Shown here: positions 22,148 to 32,900 of the stretch, in pieces
Position numbering within the stretch: position 1 is the stretch's first letter
How the letters are laid out: the number at the start of each line of letters is the position of its first letter
Notes under the pieces: model-generated
What the model was told of the DNA's origin: nothing
Seen by the model: the letters and a program-made list of their open reading frames with translations, nothing else
Database searches by the model: none
Translations under genes and position numbers: made by a program
NCBI GenBank assembly: GCA_963773065.1
Contig: CAVYZN010000011.1
Span: 302,287-366,286 of the forward strand
Reading direction: 5' to 3'
From: an uncultured Gammaproteobacteria bacterium
GTDB taxonomy: Bacteria; Pseudomonadota; Gammaproteobacteria; UBA9214
DNA length: 64,000 bases

Positions 22148-23655
22148 ACACCTCCACCATCGTCCAGAAACTCTGGAACTACTGCAACGTCCTGCGCGAC
22201 GACGGCATGAGCTACGGCGACTACGTCGAGCAGCTCACCTACCTGCTGTTCCTCAAGATGGCCGACGAGCGCACCGAAGCCGCCGTACAACCAGACGAGC
22301 CCGGTCCCGGCAGAGCTACGACTGGCCGAGCCTGCATCAGCGAAGGACGGCGACGAGCTGTTCGACCACTACCGCCACATGCTGGAGACGCTCGGGCAAG
22401 CAGAAGGGGCTGCTCGGGCTCATCTTCCGCAAGGCGCAGAACAAGTTCCAGGACCCGGCCAAGCTGCGGCGGCTGATCGTGGACCTGATCGACGGGGAGA
22501 ACTGGTCGTCGATGAGCGCCGACGTGAAGGGCGACGCCTACGAGGGCCTGCTGGAGAAGAACGCCCAGGACACCAAGTCCGGCGCCGGCCAGTACTTCAC
22601 GCCGCGCCCGCTGATCCAGGCCATGGTGGACGTGCATCGCGCCCAGGCCCGGCGAGACCGATCTGCGACCCGGCCTGCGGCACCGGCGGCTTTCTGCTCG
22701 CGGCGCACGACTACGTGGTCGAAGCACAACCCCAACCTCGACCAAGCGACGAGAAGCGCAAGCTCAAGGAGGAGACCTTCACGCGGCTGGGAGCTGGTGC
22801 AGGCCACGGCGCGGCTGTGCGCCATGAACCTGCTGCTGCACGGCATCGGCGCCGAGAGACTGCGTGCCCATCGTGGTGGCCGACTCGCTGGCCGCCGACC
22901 CGGGCGAGCGCTTCGACATGGTGCTGACCAATCCGCCCTTCGGCAAGAAGAGCAGCACCACGATCGTCGGCGAGGACGGCAAGGCCTCAGCCGAGAAGCG
23001 AGACATCATCGAGCGCGACGACTTCTGGGCCACCACCTCCAACAAGCAGCTCAACTTCGTCCAGCACATCAAGACCCTGCTCAAGCAGCACGGCCGCGCC
23101 GCCGTGGTCGTGCCCGACAACGTGCTGTTCGAGGGCGGCGCCGGCGAGACCATCCGCCGCAAGCTGCTGCACGAGTGCGACGTGCACACCCTGCTGCGCC
23201 TGCCCACCGGCCTCTTCTACGCCCAGGGCGTGAAGGCGAACGTGCTCTTCTTCGACAAGAAGCCCGCCAGCGAGACGCCGTGGACCAAGAAGCTCTGGAT
23301 CTACGACCTGCGCACCAACAAGCACTTCACGCTCAAGACCAACCCGCTGAAGCGCGAGGACCTGGACGAGTTCGTCGCGCTGCTACAACCCGGCCAACCG
23401 CCACGAGCGCAAGGCGACCTGGTCGCGCCGAGCAGCCCGACGGCCGCTGGCGCGTCTACGACTACGAGGAGCTCGATCGCCCGCGACAAGGCCAGCCTGG
23501 ACATCTTCTGGCTCAAGGACGAAGCGCTGGAGGACTCCGACAACCTGCCGCCGCCGGACGTGATCGCGCAGGAGATCGTGGAAGACCTGGAGGCGGCGCT
23601 GGAGCAGTTTCGGGAGATTGTTTCTGATCTCAACAGCACGGTTACAACAGAGTAG
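22144..23655 (+). CDS. hsdM: Type I restriction-modification N6-adenine methyltransferase (many frameshifts)
   Basis: IVQKLWNYCNVLRDDG, GAGQYFTPR, DPACGTGGF, TNPPFG, PDNVLFEGG, SLDIFWLKD. Confidence 0.9.
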
Positions 23656-23667
23656 GCACAACTACAT

Positions 23668-24579
23668 ATGTTATATGGAATGCTCCAAGCCCTTCCCTTC
23701 CTGGCCCTAATGGTTTTGCCAATGCTTGTCGCTTTCGGGATGGTCCTGACCTGGAAAAGATGGTTCAGGAATCGCAATCGGCGCTCGCCTCTCACCTCGG
23801 AGCTGTTGAGACCGCCTGGGTATGGGTTGCAAGAGAAGATCGACGAGATGGGTAATGATATTGACGCCTACCTGATCATGATGATGATCATACCCATGAT
23901 GTTATACGGCCTGTGGCTGCAACAGCGAGTTTTCACTGATCCAACGCGGAATCCCGTAAACGGGATCATCTTGATCGTTGCTGCTTGTATCCTATTTGTG
24001 TTTGTCCTGGTCAAACTCATGAACCTCATGAAAAAGCGCCAGAAGTATCGAGAGGCACTTAGCGGTGAAGTCGCTACCGCGCAACTGTTGGAACCGGTCA
24101 TTGCAGGCGGCGGACGTGTTTTCCATGATGTTCAAGCGACTGGATTCAACATCGACCATATCGTGGTTGCGCCAGGGGGTGTCTTCGCTATCGAAACAAA
24201 ACACCGCTTAAAGTCGACGAAGGGACTAGCCAGCGAAGTCGCTAAAGTGCGTTACGACGGCAAGGCATTGCATTTTCCCGGTTGGGTTGAGACAAAGCCC
24301 ATCACTCAGGCGCGCAGTCAGGCCGAGTGGTTGTCAAAAGTTCTCACCAAGTCTACCGGGGATTCCGTGACGGTGCGTCCGGTCGTGGCGCTCCCTGGCT
24401 GGTATGTTGAGAGAACCGGTCGTTCCGATGTCAATGTAATCAATCCAAAGAATGTTTCGTTTATGCTGAAACCGGCAGATGAACCGCCCATTCCAGAGGA
24501 AAAAAGAAAACGCATCAGTTATCAGCTGGAACAGCTTTCCCGGCTGCCAGACTTCAGTAAGTTGAGTACGAAAGTCTAA
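23668..24579 (+). CDS. Membrane-anchored NERD (nuclease-related domain) protein
   Basis: Three hydrophobic segments, then GEVATA..FHDV..NIDHIVVAPGGVFAIETK..PITQARSQ. Confidence 0.8.
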   Translation: MLYGMLQALPFLALMVLPMLVAFGMVLTWKRWFRNRNRRSPLTSELLRPPGYGLQEKIDEMGNDIDAYLIMMMIIPMMLYGLWLQQRVFTDPTRNPVNGIILIVAACILFVFVLVKLMNLMKKRQKYREALSGEVATAQLLEPVIAGGGRVFHDVQATGFNIDHIVVAPGGVFAIETKHRLKSTKGLASEVAKVRYDGKALHFPGWVETKPITQARSQAEWLSKVLTKSTGDSVTVRPVVALPGWYVERTGRSDVNVINPKNVSFMLKPADEPPIPEEKRKRISYQLEQLSRLPDFSKLSTKV

Positions 24580-24788
24580 TGACGTCTGTCTTAATCATGA
24601 CTTGATAATTCTTTGAGTCACTGGAAGGTTCGGAGAATCTTCAGGCAACAGAAGAGTCCGTAGGGTCATTCTGATTTAGTAGCCTTGATGGCTGCAGGAG
24701 TAGCATGATCCCTATAAGCAGAATGTCCCCATTTCTCAGACACCAGACTCGTGTCGGGCGACGGCCTGACCGGACCAGGAGAGGAAGT

Positions 24789-25226
24789 ATGAGACGATTC
24801 AAATACACTGTTTGCACCGGCTGTGTGCTGATGCTGGCATTGCTGGCCGGAACTGCTACGGCTGAACAGATCTACCGGTCGGTCGATGCGGAGGGCAATG
24901 TCACTTTTTCCAATCAGCCGTCGGCAAATGCGGTGACTGTCGATGAGGTTAGTGTTCAGCCGGGACCGTCGGATGCGGCACAGCGCGAGGCAAGCGAACG
25001 GATGCAGCGCCAGGAGGCGGCGGCGAATGAGCTGAGCGAGGCGCGTGCCAGTCGCGTCCAGCAGCAGCCGGAGGCGAGTCCGGCTGCACCCGAGCCAGTC
25101 GAGCCTGTAGAACCTGTTAATCAATATTACGGCTACCCGAACCCGAATACAGCGCGGCGTGACAAGATCCGTGATCGCTTGCAGGAGCGGCCGGTGCAGC
25201 TTCCGGCACGTCCGATGCCGCGCTAG
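24789..25226 (+). CDS. DUF4124 secreted protein
   Basis: Signal peptide plus IYRSVDAEGNVTFSNQP. Confidence 0.8.
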   Translation: MRRFKYTVCTGCVLMLALLAGTATAEQIYRSVDAEGNVTFSNQPSANAVTVDEVSVQPGPSDAAQREASERMQRQEAAANELSEARASRVQQQPEASPAAPEPVEPVEPVNQYYGYPNPNTARRDKIRDRLQERPVQLPARPMPR

Positions 25227-25423
25227 CACCTAGCCATGGCCGCTGTCAGCAGGATTAAGGGAGCATTCTGATTTAATCCAGGACAGTCCATTTTTGATGT
25301 GTGTGCGGAGAAGACTACCCGACTCGAATGGTAATTCAGGAATTTTGCATCAGATGCACCAGGAACGTTCACTGGCCAAAGCATGCAGACTTCATAAACC
25401 GATGCGACGATCAGGAGTGATAA

Positions 25424-25771
25424 GTGTCCAGCGAACACGAGCAACTGCCTTCCTGCCCGCTATCGTCCGCACCGGATCTGTCGAAGCTGACGGTGGTGGA
25501 GCTTGCGCCGGCGGAACCGCTGCCCGACTACCGGGCGGCTATGAGGGTGGCGAATACCGAGGCGGAGCAGCGGTTCGGTCAGTACTTGCTGCTGTCCTGG
25601 TATGACCGCGACCGGGATTTCGAGTCCCCGCAGCATGCGAGCGAGTGCCATCTGGACAGTGCGGTGCCGGGGTACGTGGATTACGGCATCTACCACGGCG
25701 CCACGCTCAAGGTGGACATCGAGCAGGGGCGCTTCGTGTTCTTCTACCTGCCCGTTGATCTGCCGGAATAA
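25424..25771 (+). CDS. Conserved hypothetical protein (AF1514-like)
   Basis: LLSWYDRDRDFESP..PGYVDYG; clean ORF with RBS. Confidence 0.5.
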   Translation: MSSEHEQLPSCPLSSAPDLSKLTVVELAPAEPLPDYRAAMRVANTEAEQRFGQYLLLSWYDRDRDFESPQHASECHLDSAVPGYVDYGIYHGATLKVDIEQGRFVFFYLPVDLPE

Positions 25772-25906
25772 GGGGCGACGGGGTTCCTTGCCGGATGGCG
25801 AGTGCTCAAGGGCTTGTTGAAGGGAGCCGTCGGTCCGGGGATGATGTGCGACAGGGTCTGGCGGCGTGCCGGACAGCATCAAACGAGTCGTTACCAGGAG
25901 ACAATC

Positions 25907-26371
25907 ATGTCAGACGCGCTGCACAGGATTCTGAAGCATCCACAATTTCCCCTGAACGAGGTCTGGTGGGAAGAGCGATTCGCTCCGGATGACATCCTTC
26001 TCAAGGAGGGAGAGACCAGCCGTGATCTCTATCTCATCGTCAGCGGCACGGTCCGGGTCAATATGCATGTTGAGGTCGATGATGCCCGCATCCTGCAATC
26101 AGGCCTGATCGAATTGACGCGCGGCGACACCTTCGGTGAACTGAATCTGTACGGGCAGTCCGAGCGCACCGCTTCCGTGGTGGCCCTGTCATCCACCGAG
26201 GTCATCCGCATCGACGGCAAGGCCCTCTCGGCATTCATGGATGCACATCCGGAGCTGGGCTACCCGGTTCTCAAACATTATTTCCTGTTGCATGCAGAAC
26301 TGTTGCGTTCACTGAACATAAAGGTGAGCGGGCTCTATGCCGCCGAATTGCGGAACGTTGCGGCGGACTAG
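25907..26371 (+). CDS. Cyclic nucleotide-binding domain protein
   Basis: LYLIVSGTV, GDTFGEL, RTASVVA. Confidence 0.85.
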   Translation: MSDALHRILKHPQFPLNEVWWEERFAPDDILLKEGETSRDLYLIVSGTVRVNMHVEVDDARILQSGLIELTRGDTFGELNLYGQSERTASVVALSSTEVIRIDGKALSAFMDAHPELGYPVLKHYFLLHAELLRSLNIKVSGLYAAELRNVAAD

Positions 26372-26531
26372 CTTCGGGGGAGAAAAAGGGGACATTCTGA
26401 TTTCGAGATCTTGATGACTGCATGTGGGATAACGTCATTAATCAGAATGTCCCCATTTCCCGTGTCCCCATTTCCCACAAACATCGTTACACTGACCGGC
26501 CGGGCCTGCCTCGGCAGATCTGGAGAAGCCC

Positions 26532-26936
26532 TTGTCACCCGCCGAAGAAACGAAAAGCGAAGAACCCCTGCACTCGGCACTGGTGGCTGCGCATATCGTG
26601 TATGGCCTGCATACGGTCGCCATCGTGCTCGGTATTGCGGGGTCCGCAACCGTAATCGGCGGCTTCGTCGGGAGTGTGCCGTCGGTCATCGCCGTCCTTA
26701 TCAACTACCTGAAACGCAGGGGTGCGCGCGGCAGCTGGGCGGCATCGCACTTTCGCTGGCAAATCCGCACGTTCTGGTTTGCCTTGCTGTGGCTGCTCGT
26801 TGCCGTGCTGATGATTGTGACCGTGGTTGGCGCCCCGTTTGGACTGGGCTTGCTGATCGCACTGACCTTCTGGCTGATCTACCGTATTGCCCGCGGCTGG
26901 TTGCGGCTGCTCGACAAGCAGCCTATGTACGTTTAA
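26532..26936 (+). CDS. DUF4870-like membrane protein
   Basis: SHFRWQIRTFW, WLIYRIARGW. Confidence 0.75.
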   Translation: MSPAEETKSEEPLHSALVAAHIVYGLHTVAIVLGIAGSATVIGGFVGSVPSVIAVLINYLKRRGARGSWAASHFRWQIRTFWFALLWLLVAVLMIVTVVGAPFGLGLLIALTFWLIYRIARGWLRLLDKQPMYV

Positions 26937-26995
26937 AGCAGGAAAGAGGTCAGTACCCTTTTTGATGCTCCTTTTCTTGGCCGGATTAGATCGTT

Positions 26996-27671
26996 ATGAC
27001 CCCCTGGATCCTTCTCGATAGCGCACCCGTGCCCGGCAACGGCGGGGAGCTGCGCCTCTACCGGCGGGGCGATGAATTTTCGATCAAACTCTCGGGCCGC
27101 GGCGAACTGATGAACAGCCGTGTCCATGGCTCCGAGGACGCGCTGGCGGAGCATGCCTGTGCCAGGCTGGCGGAGTGGCATCGAGCCGCGACTGCTCATC
27201 GGCGGGCTGGGCATGGGGTTTACCCTGGCCGCGCGCTCTACGGCACATCGGCGACCAGGGGCGGGTGGTGGTCGCCGAACTGGTGCCGGCCGTGGTGGCG
27301 TGGAACCGGGGGCCGCTTGGGGAACAGGCCGGTCATCCGCTTCGGGATCCGCGGGTGACCGTGCGCGCGGGGGATGTCGCCCGCGTGCTGATGGCCGGGC
27401 AGCCGGCGTACGATGCTATCCTGCTGGACGTGGATAACGGCCCCGAGGGACTCACGCGCAAGGAGAACGACTGGCTCTATGGCATGGACGGCCTGAACGC
27501 GGCCTACGCGTCGCTGCGCCTCGCGGTGTGCTGGCGGTATGGTCGGCCGGTCCGGATCGGGACTTTCTGCAACGGCTGCGAAAGGTGGGGTTCGAGGTGG
27601 ATGAGGTGCGTGTCCGTGCGCGTGGATCGAAGGGGGCGCGGCACATCATCTGGTTTGCCCGGCGCCGATAA
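26996..27671 (+). CDS. Spermidine synthase-like SAM-dependent protein (frameshifts)
   Basis: ELMNSRVHGSE, LIGGLGMGFTL, YDAILLDVDNGP. Confidence 0.8.
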
Positions 27672-27782
27672 AAGGGGACAGTCCCCTTTTTCTTGTAGTG
27701 GGCGCGATAATCTGACTCGTCAGGAAGAAAAAAAAGGGGACTGTCCCCTTTTATTGAATTCTGGAATGTGAAGGTGAGTCCG

Positions 27783-28322
27783 ATGGCAAATTCGTTTGGC
27801 GATCAGTTTCTCAAGGCGGGCCTGGTGAACAAGACCCGGCTCAACGAGGCGAAGAAGTCGAAGAGCAAGCAGGAGAAACTGAAGCACAAGCAGAAGATCG
27901 AGGTGGTCGATGAGGCGGCGGTGGCTGCCCGGCAGGCGGCGGTGGAGAAAGCGGCTCGCGATCGCGAACTCAATCGCCGGCAAAAGGAGGAGCTTGAGCG
28001 CAAGGCGATCCATGCGCAGGTTCGTCAGTTGATCGAATTGAATCGGTTGCCGCGGGACGACGGCGAGGTGGGTTATAACTTTCAGGATGGTACGGCGATC
28101 AGGAAGATCTTTGTCTCGGAAGAGGTCCGGGACAAGCTGGGGCGCGGCCTGCTCGCCATCGCCAGGTTTGATGACGGGTACGAGGTGATTCCGTCGGTCG
28201 TGGCGGAGAAGATCATGCAGCGCGATGAAGCCTGCATCGTCAGCAACGCCTCGACCCGAGCGGAGAACGGGGAAGACGATCCCTACGCCGATTACAAGGT
28301 TCCCGATGACTTGATGTGGTAG
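27783..28322 (+). CDS. DUF2058 (YaiL-like) protein
   Basis: DQFLKAGL N-terminus, DDPYADYKVPDDLMW C-terminus. Confidence 0.9.
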   Translation: MANSFGDQFLKAGLVNKTRLNEAKKSKSKQEKLKHKQKIEVVDEAAVAARQAAVEKAARDRELNRRQKEELERKAIHAQVRQLIELNRLPRDDGEVGYNFQDGTAIRKIFVSEEVRDKLGRGLLAIARFDDGYEVIPSVVAEKIMQRDEACIVSNASTRAENGEDDPYADYKVPDDLMW

Positions 28323-28528
28323 CCGCGGGGGGAAGCAATCAGAGGATCGAGGGCAGACCACGGATTCCGAGGAATTCTGCCTTGTCTACGGTGGATTGCT
28401 TTAAACGTGGTCTGTCACTGTTTTTACCTATCCTCGCCCCGTCTCAAGGGTGATGGGGCGGGGTTTTCCAGGGTTGCCGATGTGCGATGTCATGAGTAAT
28501 ATTACTCATCATATTGAGTAATTTGTAA

Positions 28529-29718
28529 GTGACCTATCGACGGCCCCAATTCGAGATTCTTGCCCGGCGTCTGGCGGAGCCGCGCCGTTTCATTCAGGCG
28601 GTGGCGGGGCCGCGGCAGGTGGGCAAGACGACACTGGTGCAGCAGGTCGTCGAAGCGGGGGGCATGCCCGTGCAGTTTGCCAGCGCCGACGAGCCGACCT
28701 TGCGCGGCGCGGAGTGGATCGCCCAGCAATGGGAGGCGGCGCGGCTGATGGCCGGGACGCGCGGCGCGGTGCTGGTGCTCGACGAGGCGCAGAAGGTGTC
28801 CGGACTGGTCGGAGACGGTGAAGCGGCTCTGGGACGAGGACACCCGCAAGCGCCGGCCCATCAAGGTGGTGGTGCTGGGCTCGGCGCCGCTGCTGATTCA
28901 GCGCGGTCTGTCCGAAAGTCTCGCCGGGCGCTTCGAGGTGCTGTACCTGCCGCACTGGTCGGCGCAAGAGATGCGCGCGGCGTTCGACTGGACGGTGGAG
29001 CAGAGTATTTTCTACGGCGGTTATCCGGGTGCGGCGCCGCTGGCGGGTGAGCCTGCGCGCTGGGTGCGTTATGTCCGCGATGCCCTGATCGAGACCACGC
29101 TCGCGCGCGACGTGCTGCTGCTCACTCGCGTGGACAAGCCGGCGCTGCTGCGCCGGCTTGTTCGATCTGGGTTGCCGTTATTCCGGGCAAATCCTTTCCT
29201 ATACCAAGATGGTCGGCCAGCTTCAGGACGCGGGCAACACCACCACGCTGGCGCATTATCTCGATCTGCTGGGCGGTGCGGGGATGCTGGTCGGGCTGCA
29301 CAAGTTCGCGGGTGCGGCGGTGCGCAGCCGGGCATCGAGCCCGAAGCTGCAGGTGCTCGATACCGCGCTGTTAACCGCGCAGTCCGGTTATAGCTTCGAG
29401 GAGGCGCGGGCGGACCCCGAGTTCTGGGGGCGTTTGGTGGAGTCGGCGGTCGGAGCGCATCTCGCCAATGCCGCCGCCGCGGGGGCGTGTGAGTTGTTCT
29501 ACTGGCGCGACCGCAACCGGGAAGTGGATTTCGTGGTCCGCGCCGGACGGCGACTCACCGCCATCGAGGTCAAGAGCGGGCGCGCCACCGGTACATTACC
29601 GGGGATGGAGGCATTCGCCGCTGCGTTCAAACCGCAGCGCAAGCTGCTCGTGGGCGGCGATAGCATTCCCTTGGACGAATTTTTGTCCCGGCCCGTGGAG
29701 CACTGGATCGGTCCATGA
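28529..29718 (+). CDS. AAA+ ATPase with a DUF4143 C-terminal domain (frameshifts)
   Basis: GPRQVGKTT, LDEAQK, ESLAGRF, GGYPG, YWRD..EVDFV..AIEVKSG. Confidence 0.85.
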
Positions 29719-29815
29719 GTACGTTTACAGAGTCCGTCGTCGAAGACGCCGCCCTCGCCTGGCTGATGTCACGTGGCTACACCGTCATGCATAGCCCCGA
29801 TATAGCGGCCGGCGA
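29715..29815 (+). pseudogene. Remnant of the N-terminus of a second type I hsdR
   Basis: MSTFTESVVEDAALAWL...GYTV..SPDIA, then similarity is lost; end approximate. Confidence 0.5.
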
Positions 29816-29962
29816 CCGCTTCGACCCATTACCTTACCTTCAGGATCAATGGTCCTGGATGTTACAACGCTGTTGTTGACGGTTCTGGCAGTTTCGGTGT
29901 TTCTGGATGATTCGCGGATGTGAGATGCCCGAACTCTGCAGATACCACCTTCGCAAAGCCTT

Positions 29963-32900
29963 ATGAACTCGGGTGATCATCCAATGGCCGACTTGGCCAA
30001 GACAGCTTCGACATCCGGCAGTTTCAAGCCCCGTTGCCTATCCATCGATCTCGAAGTGGGGGTGCGCGATGCGCGCATCCATCGCTTCGCCGCAGTGCGG
30101 GGCGACACGGGCAGTCCTTCGTATTCAAGAAAGGGCAATTGGCGGCGGCGCTCGCCAAGCTCGATGAGTTCGCCGAGGCTGTGGCATTTCTGCTTGGCCA
30201 CAACCTGATCGCTTTCGATCTTCCGCACCTGCCGCGGTTCAGCCGGATCTGCGCCTGCTCAAATTGCCCGCGCGTGGACACGCTGCGCCTCAACCCGCTC
30301 GCTTTTCCGCGCAATCCCTATCACCACCTCGTAAAGCATTACCAGGACGGACAACTGAAGCGCGGGCGGCTGAACGATCCGGAACTCGACGCGCGGCTGA
30401 CGCTGGAGGTGTTTCGGGATCAGCACCAGGCGTTCTCGCGTGCCATGCAGGCGACAGCGCCGGATCTGCTGCTCGCCTGGCACTGGCTGACGACGGCTGA
30501 CGGCGCCGTTCCGGGCTCAACGCTTTTTTCTCGACGCTGCGCTCGCAAGCCGCGTCCCACCGAGGCAGAAGCCCGTGCCGCGATCGAGCGACGTGTCGGG
30601 CCACGCCTGCCTCACTCACGGCCGCGAGATACTGGCCGAGGCGGAAGTAAGCACGGCTGGGCATTGGCCTATGCGCTGGCGTGGTTGTCGGTCGTCAGGC
30701 GGCAACTCGGTGATGCCGCCCTGGGTGCGGCATCAGTTCCCCGAGGCCGGGCTATTGGTGCGGCGCTTGCGCGATGCCGCTTGCGAGCGATCCGGCCTGT
30801 CGCCTGGTGCCGCGAGCGGCACGACGCCCGAAAGGAACTCGCGCGCTGGTTCGGCTTCGCCGAGTTCCGTCCGGAACCCGCTGACGACGACGGCCGGCCG
30901 TTGCAACAGGCGATCGTCGAGGCCGCGATGCGCGGCGAGCATGTGCTCGGAATATTGCCCACCGGAACCGGCAAGTCGCTGTGCTACCAGATCCCGGCGC
31001 TGTCGCGCTACGACAAGACCGGCGCGCTGACCGTCGTGATCTCGCCGCTTGGTGGCGTTGATGGCCGATCAGGTCGCGGGGCTCGAGGCGCGCGGCATCT
31101 CGTCTTGCGCCGCGGTCAATGGATTGTTGTCGATGCCCGAACGCGCGGATGTGCTCGACCGGGTGCGGCTGGGCGACGTCGGTATTCTGATCGTGTCGCC
31201 GGAGCAGTTGCGCAACCGCACCCTGCGCAAGGTGCTCGCGCAGCGCGAGATCGGCGCCTGGGTGCTGGACGAGGCGCATTGTATTTCCAAGTGGGGGCAC
31301 GATTTCCGTCCCGACTACCGCTATGTCGCCCGCTTCATCAAGGAGAAGGCGGGCGATGGCGCGGTGCCGCCGATACTGTGTCTTACCGCGACCGCCAAGC
31401 CGGACGTGGTGATGGACATCCTGGGCCATTTCCGCGACAAGCTGGGCGTCGAACTCAGCGCTCTTCGACGGCGGCGCCAATCGCACCAATCTGGATTTCG
31501 TCGTGGTGCCCACCACGACGGCCGGAGAAATTCGCGCATGATGCATCAGAGTGCTGATGGCGGATCTGCCGCCGGACTGACCGGGCGGCGCCATCGTCTA
31601 CTGTGCTTCGCGCCGGCAAACCGAGGAGATCGCGGCTTATCTGCGTGAAAAGGGGCTGGCGGCGGAGCACTTCCATGCCGGGTTATCGCCGGAGACGAAG
31701 AAGGACGTGCAGCAACAGTTCATCCGCGGCGATCTGCGCGTGATCGTTGCCACGAATGCCTTCGGCATGGGCATCGACAAACCCGACGTGCGCGTGGTGA
31801 TCCACGCCGATATTCCGGGCTCGCTGGAGAACTATCTGCAGGAGGCGGGGCGCGCCGGGCGCGACCGGCAGGCGGCGCGCTGCGTGCTGCTCTACACCCC
31901 GGAAGATGTCGAGCGGCAGTTTGGCATGTCGTCGCGCTCGCGGCTGACGCAACGGGAAATCCAGGCGATCCTGAGGGCGCTGCGGAACTTGGACCGGAAG
32001 AAACGCGCTGGGCGGGGAGGTCGATCGCGACCGCCGGCGAGATTCTTGCCGAAGAGGAGGAAGGCGCCTTCGTGCGGGATTCCGCCACCGACGACACCCG
32101 CGTGCGCACGGCCATCTCCTGGCTGGAGGAGGCGGCCCTGCTCTCCCGCGAAGAGAACCAGGTGCAGGTGTTTCCGTCGTCGCTGCGCGTGAGCTCCGTG
32201 GATGAGGCGCGACGAGAAGCTGGCGAAGAGCCTATGGTGACCGGTATCGGCGCCAGTTGTTGGCGCTCGTGGAGACGCTGATCGCGGCCGATGCCGATGA
32301 GGGCATCTCGACGGACGAGCTGATGGGGGTGTCGGGCCTGAGCTCCGGAAAGGTCCGCGCGGCGCTCTATGATCTGGAGACGCTCGGCATCGCCAGCAAC
32401 GACACCGCGCTGACCGCCTTTGTGCATGCAGCGGCGTCGAGAAGATCCTCGCATCAAGCGTTTCGAGGAAGCCGCGGCGCTGGAGACGGCGCTGATCGCG
32501 GAACTGCGTGAGAGGGCGCCGGATCTGGAAAAGGGCGAGACCTCCCTGCTGCATCTGCGCCACGCGGCGCAGCAACTTGAAGGACGCGGGTCACTGCGGG
32601 GCGTTGCCGGAAAAGATCTGGCGCATCGTTCCGGAGTCTCTCGACCGACGGCCGCGGCGAGGACGGCGGCGTGGGGAGCGTGGGCCTGCGGCGGCTGGAC
32701 CCCGAAACAGTGCAGGTGACGCTCCAACGAGAATGGTCCGCGCTGGACAAGACCGCCAGACTGCGGCGCGCGGGAGCGAGCGGTTGCTGGAGCACCTGCT
32801 TGCCTGCCTGCCCGAGGGGACGCGGGGCACGGACCTGCTGGCGGAAACGACTCTCGGCAAACTGCTCGCGGCGCTAGAGCAGATCTGATCCTAAGGCGGA

